From a virus (lineage: Duplodnaviria; Caudoviricetes), in the IMG/VR virus record IMGVR_UViG_3300025015_000022, positions 1-64,000 of that record: a DNA stretch of 64,000 nt; one strand, given 5' to 3'. The notes beneath the pieces were generated by a model. It made no database searches. It was not told the origin of the DNA and saw only the letters and a program-made list of their open reading frames with translations. Shown in pieces: positions 16,730 to 26,686 of the stretch (the first letter of the stretch is position 1; each line of letters starts with the position of its first letter). The position numbers were made by a program, and so were the translations under genes.

Positions 16730-17503
16730 GTGAAAAGGATTTTCGTGTGCAGTCCGTACGCGGGCCAGGTGCCCGGTGAAACCGAAGTCAACGTGATGGT
16801 GGCACGTCGCCTCTGCGCGGAGGTGCTATCCGCAGGCCACGCACCGTTCGCGCCGCATTTGCTGTACCCGCAGATGCTCAACGACCGCGACCATACCCAG
16901 CGCGCCAACGGCATCGCAGCAGGCCAGGCGTTCCTGATGGTCTGCGACGAGGTGTGGTGCTGGTCGATGGACGGCGGGTTCGTGAGCGCTGGCATGTACG
17001 CTGACCTGCGTGTGGCGATGAAGCTGGGCAAGCCGATACTGTACCCATGGGGCAAGCCGGATGGTCCGTGTCCGCTCGATCCTGCGGAGTGCGATGCGTT
17101 CGTGGCGATGGCTGCGATGTACGGCCCGCTGAGCGGCGAGATGCGCACGCTCCCGGTGAGCGGTGGCACGTTCGTGATCCGCAAGTCGACGCCGGAGATG
17201 GCTGCGAAGGTCGCGGTGATCACGCCCACGCCGTCACGCAAGCCGGTGCCCGTCGAGCCGATGCCCGACGACTTCCGCGACACCGACGTGCTGGACTCCG
17301 ACGTGGCCGACTTCGTTGCAGAGGTGGACGCGGCGATCGTGCTGTCGCATCAGCTCCCGTCGAAGGCCGACGACTTCTCGAGCAGCGTGCGCGAGAAGCT
17401 CCAGAGCATGCGCGAGTGGTGCGTCGAGAACAACGCCTACACGGAAGCGCAGCAGACCGCGGTCGACAACATGGACGCGGGGATGCGGAGGTGGATTCGA
17501 TGA
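16730..17503 (+). CDS. DUF4406-like (nucleoside deoxyribosyltransferase-fold) protein with extra C-terminal domain
   Basis: IFVCSPYAG, PFAPHLLYPQ, FLMVCDEVW, SAGMYADL...GKPI. Confidence 0.75.
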   Translation: MKRIFVCSPYAGQVPGETEVNVMVARRLCAEVLSAGHAPFAPHLLYPQMLNDRDHTQRANGIAAGQAFLMVCDEVWCWSMDGGFVSAGMYADLRVAMKLGKPILYPWGKPDGPCPLDPAECDAFVAMAAMYGPLSGEMRTLPVSGGTFVIRKSTPEMAAKVAVITPTPSRKPVPVEPMPDDFRDTDVLDSDVADFVAEVDAAIVLSHQLPSKADDFSSSVREKLQSMREWCVENNAYTEAQQTAVDNMDAGMRRWIR

Positions 17504-18075
17504 GCGACCAGGCAGAAGGCAACGGGACGATCGTCATCAGGCATGCGTGCGGTCACGTGTGGCGCTACCAGCCTCCGGAGTTCGTGGAGTGGGAGAAGCA
17601 CTACTGGACGTTGTTCGTCGACCACGCGCCGGAGACCAGGTGCTCGCACTGCCACAACGAAGAACCTCGCTACGGTGGTACGCCCACGGAAGCCACCAAG
17701 CTCGAGATCCAGGAGCGCGCATCTGTGCTCGCGGATCTGAACCGGCACTTCTCGAGGTGGCGGGAAGCTCTCGGTCAGCCTGACGACGGCTGCAAGGTGA
17801 CGCGCATCTACGGGCGGGCGATCGACACGTACACCACAGACCAGCTTCGAATCCATGCGACCAGGATGCGGGAGCGCGCAGACGTCGAGGTCGAGCAGCA
17901 CCGCCAGTACCGGGAGGTCACCCGCGAGCTGCGGAAGCTTCGTGAGCCCGATGACGGCGAAGGCCTGCGCGACCACCCGTGCTACTCGCGGGAGGCGGGC
18001 GTGCTCGTCGACTGCGAGGGTGACGGCTGGTACGGGTGCCGCGAGTGCACGCGCAAGAGCAGGAGCGCGGGATGA
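17500..18075 (+). CDS. hypothetical zinc-binding protein
   Basis: HACGHxW...CSHC; C-terminal HPC...CEGDGWYGCREC. Confidence 0.6.
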   Translation: MSDQAEGNGTIVIRHACGHVWRYQPPEFVEWEKHYWTLFVDHAPETRCSHCHNEEPRYGGTPTEATKLEIQERASVLADLNRHFSRWREALGQPDDGCKVTRIYGRAIDTYTTDQLRIHATRMRERADVEVEQHRQYREVTRELRKLREPDDGEGLRDHPCYSREAGVLVDCEGDGWYGCRECTRKSRSAG

Positions 18076-21000
18076 CCGCGGCCCATCGCAAGTATCTGGA
18101 GCGCGTCGAGTACGCGCTGCGAGCGCTGCCGCTTCCGTGTGCGGGATCTGGTACGCAGTCGCAGGGCATCGAGGGCTTCATCAGCTTCGGCCACGACATG
18201 GGCGTCGCGAAGCCGCTGGTCGAGGTGGCGATGCGGTTGATCCGCGGGCTGGGCACGCCGATGTTCGACGAGTGGGACCAGGAGCAACTCGACGAAGCGA
18301 TCGTGAAGCTTGAGGAGTTTATCGCGCGGCGGAAGGTAGAGCAGTGGTGCAACTGGTCGAAGCGAACCAGGCAGAGCCGGATGGAGGATGAAGCATGAGC
18401 ACGGTTGACAGGCTGCGCAGGTGCATCGGCACGACGTCGAGCGGGAACCGGTTCTTGCGGACGCCTCCGCAGCTTGATGATCTGCAGCGGGTGTTGGACT
18501 TCGTCGACCACGTGCGCCCGAAGACCGAAGACGGCTACTACGACATCGCGCTGCGTGTGATTGACGGGCTGAAGAAGCTGGACGGAGGCGACCGTGGCTG
18601 ACACCGATCCGCTGTGCCTGTTCATCGGCGGGCACCAGCATATGAAGCGCATCCGTGTTCCTCGCGGCATGGAGTGCGTCGAGGCGGCGGTCATTCAGAA
18701 GCGACCACTCGATAGCGATTTGCTCGGGACCGAAGTCGACACGAAGGTCACCACCGAGGTCTACCGGGTGATGGTGGTGTCGATGGGTGGGCTTCGATAT
18801 GGATACAGCATGGTGGTCTACGCGCCGGCCGCGTGGACTGCGGAGATGGCGATCAGTGAGATGGAGTCGATGCGCATCATCCTGGCGTCGACGGCCGCTC
18901 GGTGGTGGCTGCATCCGTGCAGGTGTTCGTGTCACAAGGAGTTGCGCGGGCTGTGGGCTGGCCAGTTGTACATGGATCTGTGGAAAGTGCTCGAAGATCT
19001 CTGCTCGCCGTCGATGGTGGAGTCGATGGACCCGGCGTCCGGTGTGCCCATGTCTTCGCTGCTGAGTGCGTTTGAAGCCGAACGGCAGGGGCCGTGCGGT
19101 GGCGAGTGTGTTCCGTTCGTTTTGCCACAGGCCACGATGACGATCAACGTGCTCGACCTGACGGTGATGGTGAGCGAGCACGGTGGACCCGAGACCGACG
19201 TTGACCTGGTCGATGGAGACGGGAGGCCGTACCCATGACTGACACCGATCGTGAGTTGCCAGAGATCATCGATGCGACGGTGCTACCTCCCGACGAGGTG
19301 GAGCGGCGTCGGCTGCACGACGTCGAGGTGTACGGCAACGCGTTCGTGCTGAAGCCACAACCTGAGTTTCCGCAGTGGTGCTTGCGAGCGCTCCGGAGCA
19401 TCGGAACGCCGATCTTCGAGTTGGATGATGGCAGGCGGGCGGTTTGTGTTGCGAGCCGCCCGTTGCGCGCTGGCGATGACGAGCACGTGCGCAGGATAAT
19501 CGAAGGCATGCGCATTTGTTGTCCGAAACACGTGGTGTCGGTCAGCACTGTGCCGCCGGAGGGCTTGAGCGCCGCCAGGTTCGACCAGTTCGATGAGCGC
19601 AAGTTGTACGGCGATTACGTCGACCAGATCATCATGGACGAGCCACCGTTCGAGCCGCCCGCCAGCGGGTACGGACCGCCCGCCATCCAAGAAGCGATGC
19701 GTGCGATCTCGACGCTGCGAGCCATCGAAGACGCCTACGGGCTGGGGCACACCACCGCCATCGACGCGCTCGCGTTGAAGCCACGCACCGACGATCTCGG
19801 CCCGCATCCAACGCAGGACGCGCTGACCCCCGCCAAGCTGACGCCAGCAGAGGCGCGGGTGGCTCGCAAGTTGGCGGGGCCGTGGCACGACGACAAGCCG
19901 TGGAAGCACCGCAAGAAGGGAGGGCGCTGACCATGCTGATCTCCGAAGTGCGCCGCTGGTACACGGACTGGTTCAAGATCAACCATGTCGTCGCTCGCGA
20001 GGATCGTGGGTGGGTGACGACGCTCTGCGGTGACTACACGACGGGCGCGGGGCATGCAGATCCCACCGCGAACAAGGCGGGCAAGGCTCGCGTGTGCTCG
20101 AAGTGCCGGAAGCGGTTGGCGGTGGCGAAGCCTGCGACGGGAGGTGAAGCGTGATGGACCGACCCACCGAGGCGATTGAGTACCTGGCGTCGTCGCTCAT
20201 CCCGTGCGCGAGCCTGGTGGTCAGCTATGCGCGTGCGCTCGAAGCTGAGCGGGCGTCGCTGGTCGAGAAGGCATGTACCATCGCAGACGAGCGCGATCGG
20301 AACGTCAAGCTGCTGGGCCACGTCGCCGTTGCGCTCGGCTGCCCGGGTGTGAGTGGCGAGGCGCTTGTCGAGCGGGCAGTCAGGATGGGGCGCTACGTTG
20401 GTGCGTCCATCGTCGCAGCGATGCGCGACACGCAGGGAGCACGAGACGCCGCGGCGGATGCGCTGCGGCTGTTGTTGGAGGCCACGCGATGATCAAGCCT
20501 GGTGACGAGATCACGGTGAATGGAACGAAGTTGCGAGCGACGTCGGTGAAGATCCCGCTGGCGGAGCGGTCTCCGGTCGGTGGCGCTGACGACCCAGACC
20601 GCCCATGGATACGCACCGTGTACGAGAGGAAGCCACGCGTCATCGTGTCGTTCGAGTTCGTGGACGAAGGAAGTATGCAGACGGTGTACCGATGAACCTG
20701 ACGATCACCTACGCCACCTCGCCGCGCGGTGGGCAGCCGGTGCCGATCTGTACCCACTCGAAGGCCACGCCGTGCGCGCACTACGTCGAGATCCGCGTGC
20801 GTGCGTTCAGGGGGCGTTGTGCGAATCTGGGTGCGACGAGCGGGGCCTGCATGATCGCGCCGATGAAGCCAGCGGGGAGGTGAGCGTGCTCGAAGTTCAC
20901 TGCCCCGTCTGCGGCAAGCTGGCGACGGTCTCGACGGACGCGAAGGTCGTGGTGCAGGGCGTCGTGCTCCTGGCCACGTTCACCGCCAACCACGTGTGCC

Positions 21001-21390
21001 TCGACGACCACGCCGGCACGGGCAAGACGTGCGCGTCGTGCGTGATGTGGCACGGCTGGAACCCGTGCGAGCCGGCGGGGAGACACACGGGCGCAACCGA
21101 TGCTGCGTGCCAGGCGTGGCGCGCTGCGCCTGCGTGGAGGGGGTGACGTGAAGTCCTACTACCAGCGCGAGCCCGAGATCGCCCACGTCACCCCCCCGCT
21201 GATCGCTGGCGCTCCCCGGGGTGCATCGGCGTCCATCCGCTGCGACAACGGGGCGGTGTACGATCGCTTCGACGATGGTGATGGTGGCCCACTCCAGTCG
21301 CGCAGGTGGCGGTGGGAGCGTCGAGAGGGATGCGGTCCACGTGACCCGTGGGGGTCGGTGCTGGGTGGGGTGCAGGGGTCGTTGCTGTAG
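18072..21390 (+). other. run of ten small overlapping hypothetical genes (18072-18398, 18395-18601, 18594-19238, 19235-19930, 19933-20154, 20151-20492, 20489-20695, 20692-20883, 20880-21146, 21148-21390)
   Basis: ATGA/GTGA stop-start overlaps and GGAGG-type RBSs; no recognisable families. Confidence 0.6.
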
Positions 21391-21403
21391 GCGAGGGAAG
21401 TTC

Positions 21404-21431
21404 TTGACGCGGTGGGTGGGAGGCGTACAGT
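21404..21431 (+). promoter_or_regulatory. sigma70-type promoter upstream of the methylase
   Basis: TTGACG 21404-21409, 16-nt spacer ending GGCG, TACAGT 21426-21431. Confidence 0.65.
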
Positions 21432-21437
21432 GCAGGC

Positions 21438-21534
21438 GTTGGCCCGCTGTTTCACAAGCAATCGAGCATCCGTCCCCGGTGGAGGTGCCGTCTCACCGGC
21501 GGGCCAACCGCCGAAGCCGGGGGCGGGTGCTTTT
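21438..21534 (+). ncRNA. structured leader RNA 2 (hairpin plus pseudoknot, followed by UUUU)
   Basis: 16-bp stem 21465-21480/21516-21531 (three G-U). 21438-21449 pairs with 21497-21508 (12 bp, one G-U). Inner hairpin GAG-N7-CTC. Confidence 0.6.
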
Positions 21535-21548
21535 CCAGCAGGTGTGCG

Positions 21549-22373
21549 ATGAAGCCCTATCTGCGTTTGGTCGGAGGCAAGAGCAAGCTGGCAGACCGCA
21601 TCCTGTCCATGATGCCAGCGAGCTTCGAGACATACGTCGAACCGTGCGTGGGTGGTGGCGCGGTGGCCATGGCGCTGCTATCGGAACCGCCGCGGCGGTT
21701 CAAGCGCATGGTGCTCGCGGACGCCAACCCCGACTTGATCTCGGCGTGGTCGGCGGTGAAGTCCGAGGTCGAGGCCACGATCGCGCTGCTGCGGACGTGG
21801 GCGGACACGCCGGAGACGTTCGCGGCGGTGCGTGCACTGGAACCTTGCGACGACGTGACGAGGGGTGCGCGCTGGGTCTGGCTCAATCGGTGCAGCTTCA
21901 ACGGGCTCATGCGTCTCAACCGCGCCGGCAAGTTCAACGCTCCGTACGACGCCACCCGTCAGGGGAAGCGCGACGTGGTGCGGGCGGACCTGCTGCGTGA
22001 GGTGTCGCGGGGGCTGAAGGGCGTCGAGATCTGGCAGCTCGACGTGTTGGAGACGCTGTCGAGGGTTCGCGATGGTTGGTGCGCGTACGTCGATCCACCA
22101 TACCCGTCGCAGGGGTCGAGCACGGGGGACTTCACCGCGTACACCGCGGGCGGCTTCTCGCTGGTGCAGCACCGTGAGTTGCGGGATGCGTGCGAGGCGG
22201 CCACCGAGCGTGGAGCGCGGGTGGTCGTTAGCATGGGTGCCTGTTTCTACGCCGACAAGCTGTGGCGCCGGCCGCCGTGGACCGTGTACGACGTCACGAT
22301 GAGGCGCAACGTGTCGTGCAATGGCGACGGGCGCGGGGCTGTGGGCGAGATGCTCATCACGAGGGAGGTGTAG
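21549..22373 (+). CDS. dam: Dam-like (D12 class) N6-adenine DNA methyltransferase
   Basis: LVGGKSKL, YVEPCVGGGAV, ADANPDL, GKFNAPY, YVDPPY. GATC specificity is not proven. Confidence 0.88.
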   Translation: MKPYLRLVGGKSKLADRILSMMPASFETYVEPCVGGGAVAMALLSEPPRRFKRMVLADANPDLISAWSAVKSEVEATIALLRTWADTPETFAAVRALEPCDDVTRGARWVWLNRCSFNGLMRLNRAGKFNAPYDATRQGKRDVVRADLLREVSRGLKGVEIWQLDVLETLSRVRDGWCAYVDPPYPSQGSSTGDFTAYTAGGFSLVQHRELRDACEAATERGARVVVSMGACFYADKLWRRPPWTVYDVTMRRNVSCNGDGRGAVGEMLITREV

Positions 22374-22375
22374 CG

Positions 22376-23752
22376 ATGCTGAAGCTTACGGACGCGGCGA
22401 CGCTGAAGCCGTGCTACGTGTTCGAAGAGGTGACGGGCGTGCAGCCGATGCTGGCGTCGACCGCAGGTGTTGTCCCGCGGGGGTTGGTGGCCACGACGCG
22501 GGTGTGGTTCGGCTGCGCGTGCGTCGACGTGCGTGAGTCGGTCGACGAGGTGATCGGGCTGCTGGCAGCGGAGAGGTCGCGTGCGATGGAGTCGTCGCAC
22601 GGACGCAGCGGCACCACGTATGTGTGCGATGGCGACGACCCCACGAAGCCCTGCGACGACGTGATGGTTCCCGCGTGGCTGCACAACCGCGTGACGGGGA
22701 TGGCCAAGGCGATCACCGACATCCTCGACCTGGCCAACGACTGCAAGCCCGGGGAGGCGTCGGCGTGGTCGCTGGACGACCCCGAGGCGGTGGTGCGGAT
22801 GGTGTGCGAGCGGATGGTGCGGCGCGACGAAGCGCTTGTGGACGGCGCGACGCACAAGACGCTCGGTGGCTACGAGAAGATGCGCCAGGCGCTCGACGAC
22901 ATCTGGTCGCTGATCATGGGCGTTGGAACGGACCGCTGGCATAAACCGCAGGACGTGATCGACGAGGTGCTGCATCTGGTGGGCACGAATGATGACCTGG
23001 ACGCGCGGACGAAGGCAGACGGTCACGCCGGCTGTACCACCTGCTCCACCCCGACCTGCCTGCACGACAACGGCTGCGCGCACGGCCACGTGGCCAACGA
23101 CGTGCCGGCGGCGACGGAGCGCGAGCCCGTGCTGCACGACATCACGGTCGAAGAGGCTGCGCTGGCCGCCACCTACGAGCGGAACGCGCGCCCTGGCTGC
23201 TACACCACCGAGCCCGTGAGCGCCCACGCTTGCAAGGGCTACGGCGACACGCGGTGCGATGGGTGCACGGGGCTGGCGACGGAAGCCGACCCCTTCGTGG
23301 GCGTCGACGTTGGCGCCAACGGTGCGCGCGTGGAAGCGGAGCCCGTGCTGCCCGACTGCGACGACGGGGAGCCGCCGGTGCTTACGCTGCAAGCGTCGGA
23401 GATCGCGCGCGGGCTGAGCGATCACGCGAGCACGGTGGTCAAGCTGCTGGCTGACTGCGGTCCGCAGACGGAGTTGCGGATCTTGGGCAGCGTGTTCGGC
23501 GTGACGGTTGGCGAGATGGATCGCGGAGACTTCAACCGTGTGGGCGTCAGCGGACTGGAGAACGAGAAGGCGCGGGCGTTCCAAGCCACGTGGTCGGTGT
23601 TGGAGGATTGGCAGGCGTTCCAAGCGCCAGGCGTCAATGCGCTGGTGCAGTCGGTTGACCCGCTGCCGCACGACGTCGGCAAGCCGCTGATGGACCGCTG
23701 GACGTTGACGGCGCTGGGCCGCGAGGTCGCTCGCGTGTTGGCGAGGGCGTGA
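22376..23752 (+). CDS. mosaic hypothetical protein with FlbD-like N-terminus
   Basis: MLKLTD...VDVRESVDEVIGLL; internal Cys clusters. Confidence 0.55.
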   Translation: MLKLTDAATLKPCYVFEEVTGVQPMLASTAGVVPRGLVATTRVWFGCACVDVRESVDEVIGLLAAERSRAMESSHGRSGTTYVCDGDDPTKPCDDVMVPAWLHNRVTGMAKAITDILDLANDCKPGEASAWSLDDPEAVVRMVCERMVRRDEALVDGATHKTLGGYEKMRQALDDIWSLIMGVGTDRWHKPQDVIDEVLHLVGTNDDLDARTKADGHAGCTTCSTPTCLHDNGCAHGHVANDVPAATEREPVLHDITVEEAALAATYERNARPGCYTTEPVSAHACKGYGDTRCDGCTGLATEADPFVGVDVGANGARVEAEPVLPDCDDGEPPVLTLQASEIARGLSDHASTVVKLLADCGPQTELRILGSVFGVTVGEMDRGDFNRVGVSGLENEKARAFQATWSVLEDWQAFQAPGVNALVQSVDPLPHDVGKPLMDRWTLTALGREVARVLARA

Positions 23753-26237
23753 TGGGCTGTAGTGGCAATCCTGCGCTGGCGACGTTGACGGGCGTGGCGA
23801 TCGGGCTGGCGATCTTCCTCGCGGCGATCGGGCTGGTGTTCTTGATGGTCGAGGTGTCGCGGTGGCTGCCGCGTGACGTTCGGCGCATCATGCCACCGGT
23901 CGACGCACCGGCCACCGTGCGGTTGTCGCAGACGCGCTGCTCGTGCGGACGGACGGCCAAGAACGGCAAGACGCAGTGCGGGCTATGCTCCCGTGGCGAG
24001 CGCTACTGCGCACCGATCGGCGGGCAGCCCGTGGGAGGTAGTTGATGATGTACGATCCGCTGATGGCCGAGTGGACGGGCTACGCTGGCGTCTTGGCGGT
24101 GGGCGCGTGTGCGATCGGGCTCGTGGCGCTGGGCGTGCACGTCTGGCGGCAGTGGGGTGTGTGGTGATCGATGGGTGGACCGTTTTAGGGGGTGACGATG
24201 ACGGGGTGGCTGTCTCCATCGGGCGTGCTGACGACGTGTGCGCCGAGCGACAAGGTACAGCGGGCGTGCGAGATTGCGCGACCGGTTGACGTGGCGAACG
24301 CCGTTGACCGGATGGAGCGCGCCGGCTGGCTGTGGGTCGAGGGTGTCGTCGATGCGGCGCGCTTCAACAACGCCACCGACGACCAGCGGTGGGTGCTACG
24401 AGCCGAGCGCAAGCGGCTGAGGGGTGGCCAGCGATGAACGGTAACAAGAAGGAACGGGCGAAGGCTGAAGCACTGGCGACCCGCAAGCTGGCGTGCACGT
24501 GCGAGTGCGACGGTCCAGAGTGCGATCGCGCGTGGTGGGCTCCTGCTGACACGGTGAACCAGCATATCGAGTTCGACTGCGACCGGATGACGCTGCGAGC
24601 GGAGCCGGACGGGCGTGTGGTGTGCATCGCGAGGCACGAGGAACGGATCGCAGACGACAGCGACGAGGCGCCCGACGCGGACGACCTCGCGGCGCTGTAG
24701 GGGATGATCGTGGACGATCGAAACGACATCGAAGTTGCGTGGCCATGGTGGCAGGCGATCTTGCTGTTCGCGCTCATCGTGCTATGCGCTGGGACGCCTG
24801 ACCTGCTGGACGCGATCATCGAAGTGGTGCGGTCATGGGCGACGTGCAGATAACCCCCGCCACCGTCTCGACGCTCGCGACGTGCCAGCACTGCCAGTCG
24901 ACCCTGCGCGTGTTCGACCAGGGGCCCGCTGGTCGTCACGGCCACCGGTACGCGGCGGTCTGCACGCGCTGCGGGGTGGGGTTGGAGTTCGTGGTGACGG
25001 GGGTGGCTGGGGAGCCGGCGCACGAGCGGGCCCGCGAGGCGATGCTGCGCGGGGCGTTCACGCGGGCGGCGGTGCAGGTGGCGATCGGGAGGGGGATGCG
25101 CGGGGATCTGGCGTGGCTTGCGGGAAGTGTCGAGAGCGTGGGAGGTGGTGCGTGAGGAAGGACTTTCTCGACATGCGGTACGTGTGCGGGTGGGATGAAG
25201 TGAGCGACGGCCGTGTGGAAGCCATCCGCACGGCGGGTGGAGCGTGGCGGGCTGGCGACGGGCTCATGGCGCTGACCGACGCGTGGCCGCTGGCGTTCCT
25301 GCCGATCCGAGTCGTTGCGGTGCTTCTGCGCCACGTGGGGATCGAAGCGCTGATGAAGCTGCGTCGCGTGCAGAGCGACGAGTGGGATCGCAGGCGTTCC
25401 GCACGGAAGTCGGCGCGAGCATGAGCAACGCCAAGGGGATGCAGGCGAAGCACGTACCAGACGACCCCGTGCTGGTGTTCATCGCCGAGCACGCGACGGC
25501 CACGTACAGCGAACCGATCTACGACAACAGCGTGCTGCACGCGATGCCAGAGGGGACGCCGCTGAAGGTGGCGCTGGCGAAGATGAACGCGCTGATACGG
25601 CGAGGGCTGGTCGACGGGTGCGGTTGCGGGTGCATGGGTAGCTTCACGCTGACAGACACAGGCAAGAGGCGAATCGAGGTGACACCATGACCCGCGACGA
25701 GTGGAACGCCCTGGTTGCCCGCTACACCTACGCGCTCACCACGCGCGTGAACACGCACGACCCGGCGCTGCTGCCGGCTCGCGACCTGGCGGTGGCCGAC
25801 GCGCTGCTGGCGGTGCTGGAAGGCGAGCGACGGCTGCGGGAGGCTGGTCGCGGAACCTGCTTGAACTGCGCCACCGAGCCATGCACCGACCTTGAAAACC
25901 TACGGGACTGCGAAGACTGGACGAGGCAGCCATGAGCCGCTCTCGCAAGCGCGTCGCAGTCCACGCCAACGCCACGGGAGCGCACCCCGACGACGGGAAG
26001 CGGGTCACGTCCCGCCAGCTACGCAGGAAGGCGCACGTGGCACTTCTGGACTCCACTGACCCGGGGCACGTGGACGACCCTCGCGACAAGGTGAGGGGCA
26101 AGGCGGGCTCGCGGTCGCGCGATTGGGGTGCGCTGTACTTCGGCGACGGGCTGGCGCACTACTGGACGCGACACCGGCTGTCGAACCGATCGGACGAAGA
26201 CTACGCCGCGTTCGTCGCGCGGCTGCGGAGGAAGTGA
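23749..26237 (+). other. run of small hypothetical genes, several single-TM (23749-24045, 24045-24167, 24192-24437, 24434-24700, 24704-24853, 24835-25155, 25152-25424, 25421-25690, 25687-25935, 25932-26237)
   Basis: Stop-start overlaps. Hydrophobic stretches in 23749, 24045, 24704 and 25152; GCGCGCMGSF in 25421. Confidence 0.55.
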
Positions 26238-26240
26238 GGG

Positions 26241-26672
26241 ATGATCGCCGCGCTGCTCCTCTCGCTCCTCCTCTACGAGCCCGGAGCGCCGTCGCTACCC
26301 CAACGGCTGTACCGTGGCGCGATCGTGGCTCGCGAGTGCGAGGCGGTGGGGGTGCACCCGGTGGAGTGCGTGGCCACGGCATGGGTCGAGTCGCGGTTCA
26401 AGCAGGGGGTCGTGAGCAAGGCGGGCTGCCGTGGCATGCTTCAAGTCTGCGGACGGTATGCCAGCGCAGACCTGGTGGTCAACGCTCGCCAGGGGGCAGC
26501 GAAGCTCGCGGAGTGCCACGAAGCGTTGCCCGCTCACCCCTGGCGCTGCTACTCGTGCTCGACGGCGGGAGCCAGGAGTGGCAAGGCGGGGTGCCGCTTG
26601 CACGAGCGCCGGGTGCGTGCGACGATAGCGAGGGTGGGGTGGCTACTGCGGTGGGCGGGTGGCGAAGTCTGA
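26241..26672 (+). CDS. SLT-type lytic transglycosylase with N-terminal signal
   Basis: Hydrophobic N-terminus; AWVESRF...VSKAGCRGMLQV...NARQGAAKL. Confidence 0.75.
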   Translation: MIAALLLSLLLYEPGAPSLPQRLYRGAIVARECEAVGVHPVECVATAWVESRFKQGVVSKAGCRGMLQVCGRYASADLVVNARQGAAKLAECHEALPAHPWRCYSCSTAGARSGKAGCRLHERRVRATIARVGWLLRWAGGEV

Positions 26673-26686
26673 GACGGGGGGATTCG

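Noticed and set aside
19300-19350. DVEVYGNAFV resembling a portal motif
   Set aside because: Too short, and the rest of the ORF is not portal-like.
21438-21531. HDV-like ribozyme reading of leader 2 (7-nt L3 ending CGU, CGAA before P2)
   Set aside because: L3 lacks the U-C-C start, extra bases separate P3 from P1, the cut site would be at the TSS, and leader 1 has no catalytic-C linker. A self-cleavage assay would settle it.
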